A DNA stretch of 64,000 bases from NCBI GenBank assembly GCA_964234715.1, contig OZ174283.1; one strand, given 5' to 3'. Shown here in pieces: positions 13,476 to 25,300 of the stretch; position 1 is the first letter of the stretch, and each line of letters starts with the position of its first letter. The position numbers and the translations under genes were made by a program. This DNA comes from Podarcis melisellensis. Taxonomy: Eukaryota. The notes under the pieces are model-generated. The model was not told the origin of the DNA. It did no database searches and was given only the letters and a program-made list of their open reading frames with translations.

Positions 13476-14823
13476 TATTTATGGATTACTAGCCACCACG
13501 TAATTACTTCATGTGGAAATGCTCACATCACTTTTAAAAGTAGTATCAATGTACAAAGATCACATCAAAATAGTCCCACAATCAGCCCTTTCAATCGATG
13601 TGCCAGAATATGGATTATTCAGTAGACTAGGTGTTGTTTTGTACTGTCACACAAGGTAGAAGTTTCAACAAGCAAGTTGTCTCAACTCAAGAAACAGACA
13701 AAAACAACAGCTGCATGGGGAATCTTGATTTCAGTCTTGATTTAGCTACTGGCTTTTTAAACTAAGTTTACAATTTTGCTTCCGTTTTATTTTAGTCAAA
13801 AAGGAAAAACACATTCAATATGTGCAAACTGAACAGGTCATAGTACATTAATCAACCCCTTTATTATGCATAATTTTCAATAAAACTGCTGAACTGGATG
13901 GCTGAAAGTATTTCTGAGTTAACAATTGGAAAATGCATAAGGTGTTTACGAAGAGTAATGACTTGAAAATGATAACTCAAAGGCAGCCTCCAATATTGCT
14001 GTTGAAGCAGAAACTTGGCTATAAATGACGGCTATGTTATTTCCCTCCACCACCTGTCCTAGACTGCTAAGAATCATAATATGATCAATATATACAGGGT
14101 ATATAGAAAACTTTGATAGGAAAGTGATTACCTTCTTGCTTTTTAAAGTGTTTAGGAAATTTTGCTAGCTTACAATAATCAGAAAAAAATCAAGTGTAGT
14201 GTTCACAAAAGCTGAAACACACAGCTATACAAGAGCAAATGGCAAGAAACTAACAGATACAAGATACTGTATCTAGTCACAAGTAAGCCTCATTGTATAA
14301 TTGTGACTCATTTCCTAGGTAAGAATGTGTAGGATTGCACACTAAATGTCATTGGAGTGCCCAGATTAGAAATTCTATGAACCAAACTAGGTAAGCCATA
14401 TGATTGGTCTCCCACCATTTTTTTACAAAAACTGAAATGGAGCTTCCAGAGGACAAGTAGGTATACCAAAGCTTAAGATACAGCAGCTAGGATATATTGC
14501 ACCCCACACTAGTCTTGTGGCAAATGCAGGATAATTTGTTCAGGAGGGCAAGAGGCACTTTAGACGGATCCAAGTAAATAGGTACCTTTTCCGTTCCATG
14601 ACGAAACAAAGCTGTGGTGCAAGTTTTATTGGAAAATGGCTTGTGGGTAAATATCTGAACATATACAAACACTGCTCTAGTCAAATTTGCACTTGCCCTG
14701 CAACTACATTTCAGTTTTTAAAAAACAACCAGCATAAACATAGAAATTGCTCTCCTGTCTCATCTAATTTGGTCCAGATTCATGTTTGCTTTTAATCCAG
14801 GAGTTGAAAGTATTAAATCTTAC

Positions 14824-14922
14824 TTTACAGCAGCAAAGACATTGTCACCAACTTGAGAAATTGTGCAGCCCTTCTTGGCTTCATTTTCACCAACCCACAC
14901 AGGCAGTTCATCCGGCATATCC
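14824..14922 (-). CDS. HPF1: HPF1 exon 4
   Basis: [33 protein letters not shown]; ag/gt boundaries; 99 nt. Confidence 0.96.
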
Positions 14923-15624
14923 CTAAAAATTCACATACAATGTTCTGAAGTTAAACATATTACATCAGTATTCTCTGTGGTGTTACAAAGAGAATCCAGA
15001 TTGTTCCCAACCAAAAATAGTATTTATAAAAGTGATAGCATGAGTTCTTATGTTTCTCTGAGGATTGTTCAATAGCATCTCAAATTTTCACTCTGTGAGT
15101 AGGAAATTTAATTTCTTCATAACTTATACTTAAGATTTTAGACTGCTGTGACCCAGTCAAGGCAGAAACATATTAGAATAGGCTTTAAAAGTGTACTGAA
15201 TTTTTTTAAAACTTCAAAAAATTGACAATATTTTTTAGCATGTTCATGCTGCAACCCTATACTTGTAAATCCTACTGTGTTCAATGGTTCTTACTCCCCA
15301 ATAAGTGTGTTTAGGATCCTAGCCTTAAATCTGTATACTGAATTTAAACTGTATATAGATTACACCTAGGGACCCTAAACACACTTTTATTGGGTTAAAC
15401 ACACTTATCCAATTTAAACAGTAAATCAAGAATTCAAACTTACAGGTTGAAAATGGCCTTCCTGCCTATGCTTGCCATAAGAATTAATCAACAAGTAAGC
15501 AAGATTTCTCAGGTGGTTTTCATTTGCCTAAATTAATGTATGGAGCCACCTGCTGGATAAATTTATTTCTTTATTATGAATGAGTAAGTTCCCAAAGTTC
15601 CATATAAACAGTTCGCAGATAATA

Positions 15625-15735
15625 ATAATTTATTGTTACTCCGCCCATCTGCCTGGGCCTCCCCAGACACTCTGGGTGGCTCCCAACAGAATATTAAAAA
15701 CACAATAAAACATCAAACATTAAAGACTTCCCTTC
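15625..15735 (-). mobile_element. L2-like LINE 3' end fragment
   Basis: Reverse complement of the fragment at 17560-17685 (GAGTG(G/T)CTGGGGA...CAGATG(G/A)GC.G..TA..AAT tail), a typical squamate L2 3' end. Confidence 0.55.
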
Positions 15736-16381
15736 CTTGTCCTATGGGATATTTTTGTATGCCAACATGAGACTACAAAAAACAATTAAAAAATACCGCG
15801 AAAATCCCTGAAACGAGAAGTAATCGACTATAGAATAACAATTTTTTAAAAAACTAGAATTAAACAAAGACTTTACGAGATGCCGGCTACAAAACTCGCT
15901 TCACTGAACTAATCAGTTTCCTCAGATGGAAATAAAGAAATTATAAGACTTCCCTTTCTTGTCCTATGGGATGCTTTTGTATGCCAACATGAGACTACAG
16001 CTGATTACAAAATTTGGCATGGACATGAGAGCTTCTGAAAACATTCAGTGAAACTTTGCATAGAAAATGTATGTATATGGAAACAGCCTATGCAGACAAT
16101 ATTGCTAGATGCAATATTTATTGGGAACTGCCTCCCCTGCCCAATTATATGGACAACACATTCTGATATCACTTTTCCACCTGTAGACACATACGGGTGA
16201 AAGATTATAATTAAAATGGCCACACACTGTGCTGGAATTGGTCCTTGGCCTCATATCCTATTCTGGGTAGAGCTACTTGAAAGTAATAATCAGCAGTGCC
16301 TAATGTATGTTTTAAGGCAATGACAGGAATAGAAGTGCTAGAATAAGTAAAATCTTTTTCCAAGGTAGATACATTACTTAC

Positions 16382-16571
16382 CTAAAATATCCCATATGAT
16401 ACTGCATTTTGCTGTCTCCAGTAAGGATAGTCTGGAATTCAGGAGGATCATAAAAAAACCTCCAGTGAAGATTGAAGTTCACATCTGCTGATCTATTTGT
16501 CTTTTTATGTTTTCCAGCAAGAATGTCATATGGTCCAACTAGCTGAAGTCCAATGCTTGATTTAAGTGCAT
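16382..16571 (-). CDS. HPF1: HPF1 exon 3
   Basis: [63 protein letters not shown]; ag/gt boundaries; 190 nt. Confidence 0.97.
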
Positions 16572-17330
16572 CTAAGAAATGTATTTAAAAATTCATTTTA
16601 AAAATAGCACAAAAGCATAAAATATGTTATTTTATGCTCCTGGAGAAAGATCTAAGCCAGAAAAGCCCTATTTAACTTTTTAAATGACTTTATTTAAAGA
16701 AGCTCTTCTTTGCCCCATATTAATGCAACTCTAATTGAGGTGCATTTCTCCCTTCTCAGGTTAATAAAATGATGTTCCATCTACCTAGAGAAGAGCTGCA
16801 TGCACAGTACACATTTCTAATCCTAAATAATGTTTCATAAATAAATAAGTAAAATGAAGGGGAAGGGAGAGGAATAAAGACTTTCTAGCTCAAACTCTAG
16901 GCGGAGACAAAAACTTTTAATGCTTTGCCTATGTGTACAACTGTTGGTTGCTATAATATCTTCTCATCACAGTCCAATCCTAAACAAATAACACAGAAAT
17001 GTCCCACTAAAATCAACAGTTCCATCTTATGCTTTTAGGATCAGAACACTAAAGTGAGGACAATAACAATGTCCATGACCTGCACCGACACTGGAAGGTT
17101 CATGGGAAAGTGTGACATTTTACATAGGTGTATGTCTGGGGAAAGAGTTTGTAGACTAGGGTAAAAAAAAAAAGGTTCACTGCAGTTGGGGCACTGGATT
17201 TGACTTTTAAATCCAAGCAAAGAGGAAATGTGAGAACTTCTCTTTTTGCCTTTGTTGCCAAAACGTCTTATCACCAAAGATGATATTTAAAAAAACAACA
17301 ACACGGAAAAACCGGGTTTCCGGAACCCAC

Positions 17331-17490
17331 CACATGGCTTGTCAGGATCCAGCTCCTCACAAAACTTCCAGAAACAATAGAAGTCTTCAGGCATCTGGAG
17401 CCGATAGCAGCTTTCCACCTCTTGGCGTACATGGCTGGGGACATCAGCTTCACCGGAGCACCGCCTCTTCTTGACCGTCCCCTTTTCACA
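17331..17490 (-). CDS. HPF1: HPF1 exon 2
   Basis: [53 protein letters not shown]; ag/gt boundaries; 160 nt. Confidence 0.95.
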
Positions 17491-17559
17491 CTAGTACCAG
17501 TGGACAGCAGATCAATTTTAATCCCACAGCCTGGGAAGAAGCAAGCTCACACACTCATG

Positions 17560-17685
17560 CTTTAGGAAGTTTTTTATGTTTGATGTTTTATTTTAACTAT
17601 TTGATATTTTAATTATTTTGTTGGGAGCTTCACGGAGTGGCTGGGGAAACTCAGCCAGATGAGCAGGGTATAAATATTATTATTA
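17560..17685 (+). mobile_element. L2-like LINE 3' end fragment in HPF1 intron 1
   Basis: T-rich stretch, then GAGTGGCTGGGGAAACTCAGCCAGATGAGCAGGGTATAAAT and a (TAT)n tail. Confidence 0.55.
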
Positions 17686-17777
17686 GTAGTAGTAGCGCGC
17701 TGGAGGATTGGGAAGGAAGGGGCCTAAGAGGAAGGGGATTTGAATCCAGAGCTTGGTGCTTTGACCTCCCATAGAAT

Positions 17778-17868
17778 CATAGCTGTCAACTTTTCCCATT
17801 TCTTGCGAGGAATCCTATTCGGAATAAGGAAATTTTCTTTTTAAGAAAGGGAAACGTTGACAGCTATG
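17778..17868. mobile_element. 91-bp palindromic MITE inserted in a CR1 tail
   Basis: Perfect 13-bp terminal inverted repeats CATAGCTGTCAAC ... GTTGACAGCTATG. Confidence 0.7.
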
Positions 17869-17937
17869 CATAGAATTGTGGAGTTGGAAGGGACCTTGAG
17901 GAGGATCATGTAGTCCAACCCCCTGCAGTGCAGGAAC
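17869..17937 (-). mobile_element. CR1 LINE 3' end fragment
   Basis: CATAGAAT tail unit followed by GAGTTGGAAGGGACCTTGAGG...TAGTCCAACCCCCTGC, the reverse complement of the CR1 3' UTR. Confidence 0.8.
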
Positions 17938-17959
17938 AAGCAGCTGTCCCATACAGGGA

Positions 17960-18720
17960 CCGCACCTGAGACCTTGGGTGTGATCAGCGCCGCCCACTGA
18001 GCTCGGAGGAGGCTCTTCTAGGGGCAACCCCATCTCTGCCAGGCCCAGCGGAAGGCGTTGAGGGGGGCGCCCGGCAACACCTCCCGCCCCCGTCGCCTCC
18101 TGAGGCGCCTCAGGGAGGGAGACGCGCTCCTCGTCGCGGAGCCCAAACCACCCCCCGCCTCGCCTGGAAGAGCAGCCGGGCGGCACAAAGGAGGCCGGTC
18201 CCCACCGCCGCCACCCGGTTCTCCTGCGTAATGTGCGCGTCTATCGGGCCTGCCGACTGACCTGCTCCTGCGCAGCCGCCGCTCCGGGCCTCCTCTTCCC
18301 GCCTCCAGTCATTTCGCCGCCCGACGCCGCAACATCCCGCCGTTTGCCGCCGTGAGGCTTCCCGAGGCCCCGGCCCCGTGACGTCATCGCGCAAAGGCCT
18401 CTGGGTCGGCCGAAGGGCGCGCGGGAGGCGAATTTAAGCGCCGCGCGCGCCGGGGTTGTTTTTTTATTCTTTGCTGCGCGCGTCTAAGTGTAAATCCACC
18501 TGCATTTTGGAGGGGTTTGGGTCCCCACCCCCCGCGTGGCTCCTGCATTTCTTTCTTTCTTTTTTTGGTATACACACACGTCCATTGCAGCATAAGCAGC
18601 CGCAAGGCGAGCTTGGGTTGGATTGCTTGTTTTTTGCTAGAGGCGCGCGAGCCCCGACAACTCTCGGATACGGCAATGAGGAACGGGGGCTGCAGTTCGG
18701 CGCTTGCTTTTTACTCGGGA
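17960..18720. promoter_or_regulatory. HPF1: CpG island / HPF1 promoter, with a perfect CRE palindrome TGACGTCA at 18379-18386
   Basis: Sharp rise in GC and CpG density around exon 1; consensus CRE 67 nt upstream of the ATG. Confidence 0.85.
18262..18312 (-). CDS. HPF1: HPF1 exon 1 (coding part)
   Basis: ATG at 18312; MTGGGKRRPGAAAAQEQ|gtcagt, similar to human MVGGGGKRRPGG. The eight exons total 1044 nt = 347 aa + stop with consistent phases. Confidence 0.93.
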
Positions 18721-18850
18721 GTGAGCAGCCCTGAACTGAAGGGGACTTGCTTCAGAGGAAATGCACGACCGGGCTGGAATCTCAGAGCATGTGTTAGCAC
18801 GTGTCAAATCACCCTGAAGAACCGTTGAACTGTTAATTGTGCAGTCCTGC

Positions 18851-19062
18851 CAGTGCCGGATTTATGTACTGTATAAGCTAAACAAGCTATAGCTTAGGGC
18901 ACCACTCTCTTGGAGACCCCCCAAAAAATTAAAGAAAAAACACACCTGGATGTACATTTCCAAAATATAAGATAAAAAAACAAATAAAATAAAACCTAGA
19001 TACAGCAACGGTGGCAAATGGCTTTAGATACCTATTAGGTCCATAAATTACCATATGGCATA
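18851..19062. mobile_element. hAT-like non-autonomous element, left part, disrupted by BovB and a rearrangement
   Basis: Begins CAGTGCCGGATTT (CAG-type terminus); no intact right end found. Confidence 0.45.
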
Positions 19063-19230
19063 TTATTGTCGTTTAGTCGTGTCCGAGTCTTCGTGACCCC
19101 ATGGACCAGAGCACGCCAGGCCCTCCTGTCTTCCACTGCCTCCCGCAGTTTGCTCAGACTCATGGTTGTAGCTTCGAGAACACTGTCCGACCTTTGTTGG
19201 CAAGGTGATGTCTCTACTATTTAAGATGTT
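19063..19230 (-). mobile_element. RTE/BovB LINE 3' fragment with an internal deletion
   Basis: GTCGTTTAGTCGTGTCCGAGTCTTCGTGACCCCATGGACCAGAGCACG..., nearly identical to 33172 onward. Confidence 0.85.
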
Positions 19231-19337
19231 ACTGGAGGTAATGGGGCCCTTTATATGTCCTGCTGTTCTTTGTCAACAACAAATTGTCACTGTTTTTTGT
19301 GTTGAATATATGCTATACATATTTGTATACATATATA

Positions 19338-19450
19338 CACCTTGCCAACAAAGGTCCGTATAGTTAAAGCCATGGTTAAAGCCAGTAGTGATGTATGGAA
19401 GTGAGAGCTGGACCATCAAGAAGGCTGATCGCTGAAGAATTGATGCTTTG
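19338..19450 (+). mobile_element. RTE/BovB LINE internal RT fragment, opposite orientation
   Basis: Degenerate TLPTKVRIVKAMV..PVVMYGSESWTIKKADR.RIDAF, a characteristic BovB segment. Confidence 0.85.
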
Positions 19451-20047
19451 ATTGAAAGAATGGAGGCTATTTCCCTAGTAAATATGTTTATGTTTAGGAG
19501 TAAATATGTTTAACTCCCCTGAATTTTGGAGTGTGTGGTGTCCACATTTTACCCCCTGTAGATAAGATTATGCTGTTGCCTGTGTGTTCATCAATATCTA
19601 TACGTACTTAAAATAGTGCTAGTACTTCTCTTTGCCACAAGAGGGAAGCATTGTAATTATTGTAGGGAAACGTCTTGATGTAGACAAGCTGACCAAACTC
19701 AGCGGCTCTAGTATTGATGATACTGCACCGTGGTTTGAGATAGTGATGACCTTAAAGATGTGCTGTTAGATGTAAGCATTAAACTTAGCTCATTTATGTC
19801 TGTTCAGTTTTATTTGTAATCCTGCATCTGCTTTCCTGTAAGTCAGCCCAGTGAACTCAATAGGATTTACTTCTGAGTTGACATGTAGGATTACACCGCA
19901 AATCTAAACTGAGGTGGGGGTGAGAATTTCATGCATTTATATAGTCATTGTTTCATTGTATAAGGGCCTGAAAAGTGCTCTGTTGTAATTCTCACATCTT
20001 TTGTTTTTTAATGAATATCTGTCTGGTCACCGGGCATCTATAGAACA

Positions 20048-20144
20048 AGCAAATGCCATTTATTTTTTACATTTACATTCCATGTGGCTACCACTTAGCA
20101 AATGCCATTTATTTTTTACATTTACATTCCATGTGGCTACCACT
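20048..20144. repeat. Perfect tandem duplication, 49-nt period
   Basis: AGCAAATGCCATTTATTTTTTACATTTACATTCCATGTGGCTACCACT occurs twice. Confidence 0.95.
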
Positions 20145-21527
20145 GCTATTTTGCAGAGAGGATTTTTTTATATATACCTAATACAAAACACGCAGAGAGA
20201 ATCATCAATATATGTTCACAGCATTGATTTAATTCCGTACAGTGCTTGTATTCCAGCAAAATGAAATGAAAGCAAGAAAGGCTATTGTTATGGAAAATAA
20301 CTGTTTCCAGGAAGCTGGTAAATGGAGAGTGCTGCAACAGACCTGCAAAGGCATACTATACATTTGCTGAGTCACACCGCTATGCTGCCCGGTCATTTTG
20401 GCATTCTGCCCAGGACTTTTCTCTGCAGTTCTGCAAGGTAGACAGTGTGTTAGGGGTCGATGAAGGAAGAAGAAATACTAGTGAGGGATGAGAAGCTATG
20501 TTCTTATACTGTCTTGAGAGGAAAATGTTTGCAGTCCTTTTCCTTTTGAAAAGTGGAAATTCTTCACATTATTATTTATTGTGGGGGAAAGCTGTTAATG
20601 GAGAGGAGGAGGTTGGAGAAAGGTTCACACTTCTGTGTTTTAGGTTCTTTATGCAGCAACCCTAAGGCATGTGGGTTGGGGAATCCAAAACTTGTTGAAT
20701 TAAGCCAAAGCCTCTCCTGTCAAATCTAAAGTCTTCTGAATCAGTATTTTATCATCAAGGTTCATACATATTCAGCACTAAAATTCAGGACAGCTCAATA
20801 CAGACTTGTGGTATTAACAGGGACTCTGTGCCAAGGTGTGGACCTCAAGAATAGGCTCCTTTTTTACTTCGCTGTGGAGAGAAGCATTAAGAAATAGTTA
20901 ATTGTATAAAGAATCATCCATGTGAAACCAAATAACTCAGATGAGACAGGGTGTAGGAATAAGGCTTTTAATTAGCATGAGGCACATTATCAGCCGCATG
21001 ACTCCTATTAATGATAATAGGAGTTAAGTAGCTTAAACATTGTGGGCTAATACCCTCCAAGGCATTAACTCCTAGTGTGTAATATGGACTTCTGAGGCTT
21101 TAAGAAGACAGGTTGTTTGCTGTAGCAGTTGTGTGGAATGTTATCGACTGGCAAATATTTCTCATATTACTTCTAGCATAGCTGGAAAGCAGAGCCATAG
21201 CAGTGGGGGGACGACGACAACTAGCTGGGTTTTTTGCCTCCAGAGGGGTGCTCCCAACCTGTGTCTGCAAATGTATGTGGGGTCTGTGTGCCAAACTGAC
21301 TCTTTGACCCACATGAAATAAAGCCTAGTTTTGCCCCTGCTGGGAAGTCTCCCATGTGACAGTCTCGCATTTGAGCATTAACCCTCCTATGCTAATGTGC
21401 AGCTACTACTCCCTTGACAGAACAATGAACTGCCAACAGGATTCTTAAGTCTTAAAGTTCATAGGTCAGTCAGAAAACTATTCACGCATTACACTGGTTC
21501 AGGGATTAAAAGACCTTAAGTTTAAGA

Positions 21528-22013
21528 CAGAGGTTTTCAACCTTTTTGAGTCCATGGATCCCTTGACCAACTACCTTCTTTTTGTGGCACCCCTGTGGGT
21601 CTCAGCAGCCCAGTTATGTCACCCCTTGCCTGCAGTGCTGGCAGCCCCTTACCCTTTTTTGAACACCCTCCTCTGCTGTCCTGTCTCCTTGGGAGTCCTC
21701 TGAGCAGCTGCAGCCACCACCCCTAGTCTCTGAGCTGCCCTACTAGCCCCAAAGAGAGGTGCCTCCTCACACTGCCCCACTAGGGCTTGGGAAGCACCCC
21801 CTGGCCAACCCTAGAGGCACCATTCGCCTGAGGAGCTTGTAGCCAGGGCTGCTGCAACAAACAGCTGTGGAATCCTTTGGGAGGCAGAAATGTGAGGGGG
21901 CATCAGAGGAGGGAGGGAAGGAAAGAGGGACAGAGGCCAGTGTTGTCCGTGGCTCCCCTGACCACCATTCAAGGCACCCCAGGGTGCCATGGTACACTGG
22001 TTGAAAACCACTT
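21528..22013. mobile_element. hAT non-autonomous DNA transposon
   Basis: Termini CAGAGGTTTTCAACC ... GGTTGAAAACCACTT; 8-bp TSD GTTTAAGA at 21520-21527 and 22014-22021. Confidence 0.85.
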
Positions 22014-22101
22014 GTTTAAGAGAAGAGTTTAGAGGCTTAAACCTTCATGCATACAGAAAAAGCATGGAAAATGTGAGCCAAAGCGCTCAACAGCTATGTC
22101 A

Positions 22102-22343
22102 TGTGGTGTAGTGGTTAAGAGCGGTAGACTCGTTATCTGGAGAACCGGGTTCGTGTCTCTACTCCTCCACATGCAGCTGCTGGGTGACCTTGGGCTAGTC
22201 ACACTTCTCTGAAGTCTCGCAGCCCTACTCACCTCACAGAGTGTTTGTTGTGGGGGAGGAAGGGAAAGGAGAATGTTAGCCGCTTTGAGACTCCTTCAGG
22301 TAGTGATAAAGCGGGATATCAAATCCAAACTCTTCTTCTTCTT
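22102..22343 (+). mobile_element. tRNA-derived SINE (Squam3-type, (CTT)n tail)
   Basis: A box TGGTGTAGTGG, B-box-like GGTTCGTGTCTC, (CTT)n tail, short TSD TCATGT; near-identical to 54449-54703. Confidence 0.88.
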
Positions 22344-25300
22344 CATGTAAGCAGCAAACACATTCTATAGTCTTGCATACTGGACTCACAACTCGGCTCC
22401 CGTGCAGCCACACATTTCATATTATTTCTAGTTTGTTGTTACTGTCATTTGTCCAATAGCTCAGAAAGGGCAAACAACTAAGCAAACAACGGTGCTTAGT
22501 TTGGAGAGAGCGGCTACAGCTTGTTTTTACATATGAGATACTTTTGCATGTTTTATAGTGGGTGTTTTTATTGTCTTTGAGCCTTATTGTGAAATCTGTC
22601 TGAGAAGCATAATAGGAACTGATTCATGAACGAGCTGAATAATAGTATAAAGCTGTGGGAGAGGGACTAGAATGCAGCCCAGTGCTGGTATCGCAGACCA
22701 ATCAATGAACGTGGCAGAAATATCGAAAGAGATGTGGAGCAAGTCATTAGAGGAAGTGAGCCAAACCAGAGACTGCAAATCACGAGAAGTTGTGGCAGCT
22801 CTTCTCTCAGGCATGTGTGTGGGCACACACAGCATCATGCTGTATGCAGATAAGCAGTGAGTGATAACAATGTGTTCAAATGTGTACAGATATGCAGCAG
22901 CACATGCTCCTGTGCATATTCGTGGTGCGCTCCCACACATGATTGCATGTGCTGTGCTTCAGTGCTTGTTGTGTGCAGTGTGTTGCTGTGATGTGCAGGA
23001 GCACGTGACATAGAGGAGCATGCTACTGGTTTGAGAGCAAACCGGGTTCTGAAACCAAGGTTTTATCCTGGCTTGTTCTCAATAGCCATAGGTCAAACAG
23101 GGAAACTGATTAGTTTGAAAGCAAAAGTGAAAACCTTCAGTTTCTGGTGTGTCAAATAGAGGGGAGGGAGGAATGTATGGCCTTGAGTATGCTTTGTTAA
23201 GCCTTATTCACATAGCAAGAAACTGTTGCATCCTGTTAGGCCAGAACTAAACCTATGTGTGTATAGGTGGGTGTGTGGAGACTCCCAGACCCTTCAAACT
23301 ACAACAGGGGTGAGGAACATTTTATGTCAAAGGCCATAGTCCCTCAGATAATCTGCCAGGGACTGGATGCCAGCAGGTCCTGAGTCTCAGTCTCTCTCTC
23401 CCACCACCCTTTTCCTCCTCCTTGCTGCCACATGAAATTAGGAAGAGGTTGCAGGTTGCCCTTCCTGAACTACAGGAACAGTTCCAACAGATGCTATAAT
23501 TATCTAGTAGCATTAGCAAACAATACTATTACCAGTTTTAAAGTTGAGCTACAGTGTGCACCTATCGCTTAAAAGGAACTGTACTTTGGATGGATTTAAA
23601 GTCAACCCTGCCTTGAAAAAGTTGTCATGGAAACCTCAGATAACTGGCACCCAGTGTGAGCAATAACACATTCCGATGACTCAGAGGCACTTTTAGGATA
23701 AGGACTACTTGGATTCCTTTGTGATGCAGAATTATTTGATTTGAGGACATCTATCCTGGGGTGAAATTATGATGAGACGAAAATGTCTTCCCTCTTCTCT
23801 GCTGAAGCAGTTGGCATTAGACGGTGGGTCATTGGGTTGTAGAAACTGCCGGTTTTCCTGAAGCCTTGTTAAGAGGCCAAAAAGAAAATGTCACAAAAGC
23901 TTTCTTCTAAATAGCAATCTTATTAACAGCATGCTCTCTCTCCCTTCTCGCACCCAGACTTTGCTTTAGGGGTTAGAATGTTGTCACGATTACATCAGGA
24001 GCTTTGGAGGTGAAATAGCTCATATATATGAAGAGAGCTTCCTCCTGCTAAGATCCTCAATTGAATTTAAAATATCCTCATTTTTCCAAGAGATCAGCTG
24101 CCCCACGGCTCCCACAAACTCTCACCCAATGACAGCAGCTATTCCATCTAGCAGAGAGATGGAGAAGTGAACCAGGGTTATTCCATCACTGCTGAGAGAC
24201 CAGCTGTCTTTGGCATCCTTTTTACCCTTTCGTGTGGCTAGGGACTGTCTTACAACTGATATTTGTAAGCTGCTCTGGGAGGAATTTTAGCTTAAAAATG
24301 GGGTAAATATGCTTTAAGCAAATAACTAAGTAAGCACAAAAGTGTACATCTGACAGTAGGGAAATCTGAAAAGATGGCTTGGTGCTCATAGTTTTCTAGG
24401 GATGAGAGAGAAACTTTTTTGGGTTGCATTTTAATGCTTACATAATTTGCACTTCCTGAAAGAATACAGCAACCAAAACAGCTATCCTTCAAAATGTCAA
24501 TTTCTCTTAATTTTGCTATGCATAAATTGTATTATTTAAAATAGTATGCAGAAATGTAATATTACGGAGAATTGCTTGCAACGATGTGTGCATTAGGCAA
24601 AATTGCTTACAAAAATGTGTATATTAAGAGAACATGCATATATGCTAACAAATTCTCATGTGGGCTTCATAAAAAAATGCAAACTGTTGTGGATATATGT
24701 AGAATTGAAGGTAATATTGGAAAAATAAGAAACTGAGAGGAGACACGGGTTCAAATCCTCCCTCAGCGATAACGTTAGCCTGATTACCTTGCCTCCTCTC
24801 TCTCTCTTTGTCCCTACCCTGAACTACTTGGAGGAATAGCAGAATATAAATGCAGAAATAAATATTGTTGCACAAATATGGTTTGTACACAATGCTTAAC
24901 ATGTTGAACTCTATATGGGGAAAGTTGTTTTCAACAAACATATCGTCATGATTTTACGAATTCACAATTGTGGGCTTTGCCACAATGGCAAAGGAACGTG
25001 GGCATAGAAAGGAAATGAGTTAGCAGTGGGGTCCCCAAACAGAAGTAATTTGGATTTCGCTTACAACAGTAGGTTTTAGGCTAGGATCAGATTTCAGCTG
25101 TCCATTTCACTTTCCTATTTGAATCAAACAGCCATCAGTTGACAGCGATATTGTGCTAGCCACAATGTTTGGATTTCTTCTGTTTGCATCTATTTCAATT
25201 GTCAGTCTAGCATCAGGAGTTCTTTTATTTTGCAATGAATACAATTCTGATAAAATCTAGATTTTGAGTGGCAATAATAATGCTTTCAGTCCTAGTGCTG

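Noticed and set aside
17815-18828. Cluster of 70-123 aa ORFs around the HPF1 promoter
   Set aside because: Expected from stop-codon scarcity in a CpG island; only 18262-18312 matches HPF1.
22102-22175. tRNA gene (also at 47313, 54449 and 55481)
   Set aside because: A/B boxes belong to SINE heads that continue into SINE bodies and simple-repeat tails; no full cloverleaf.
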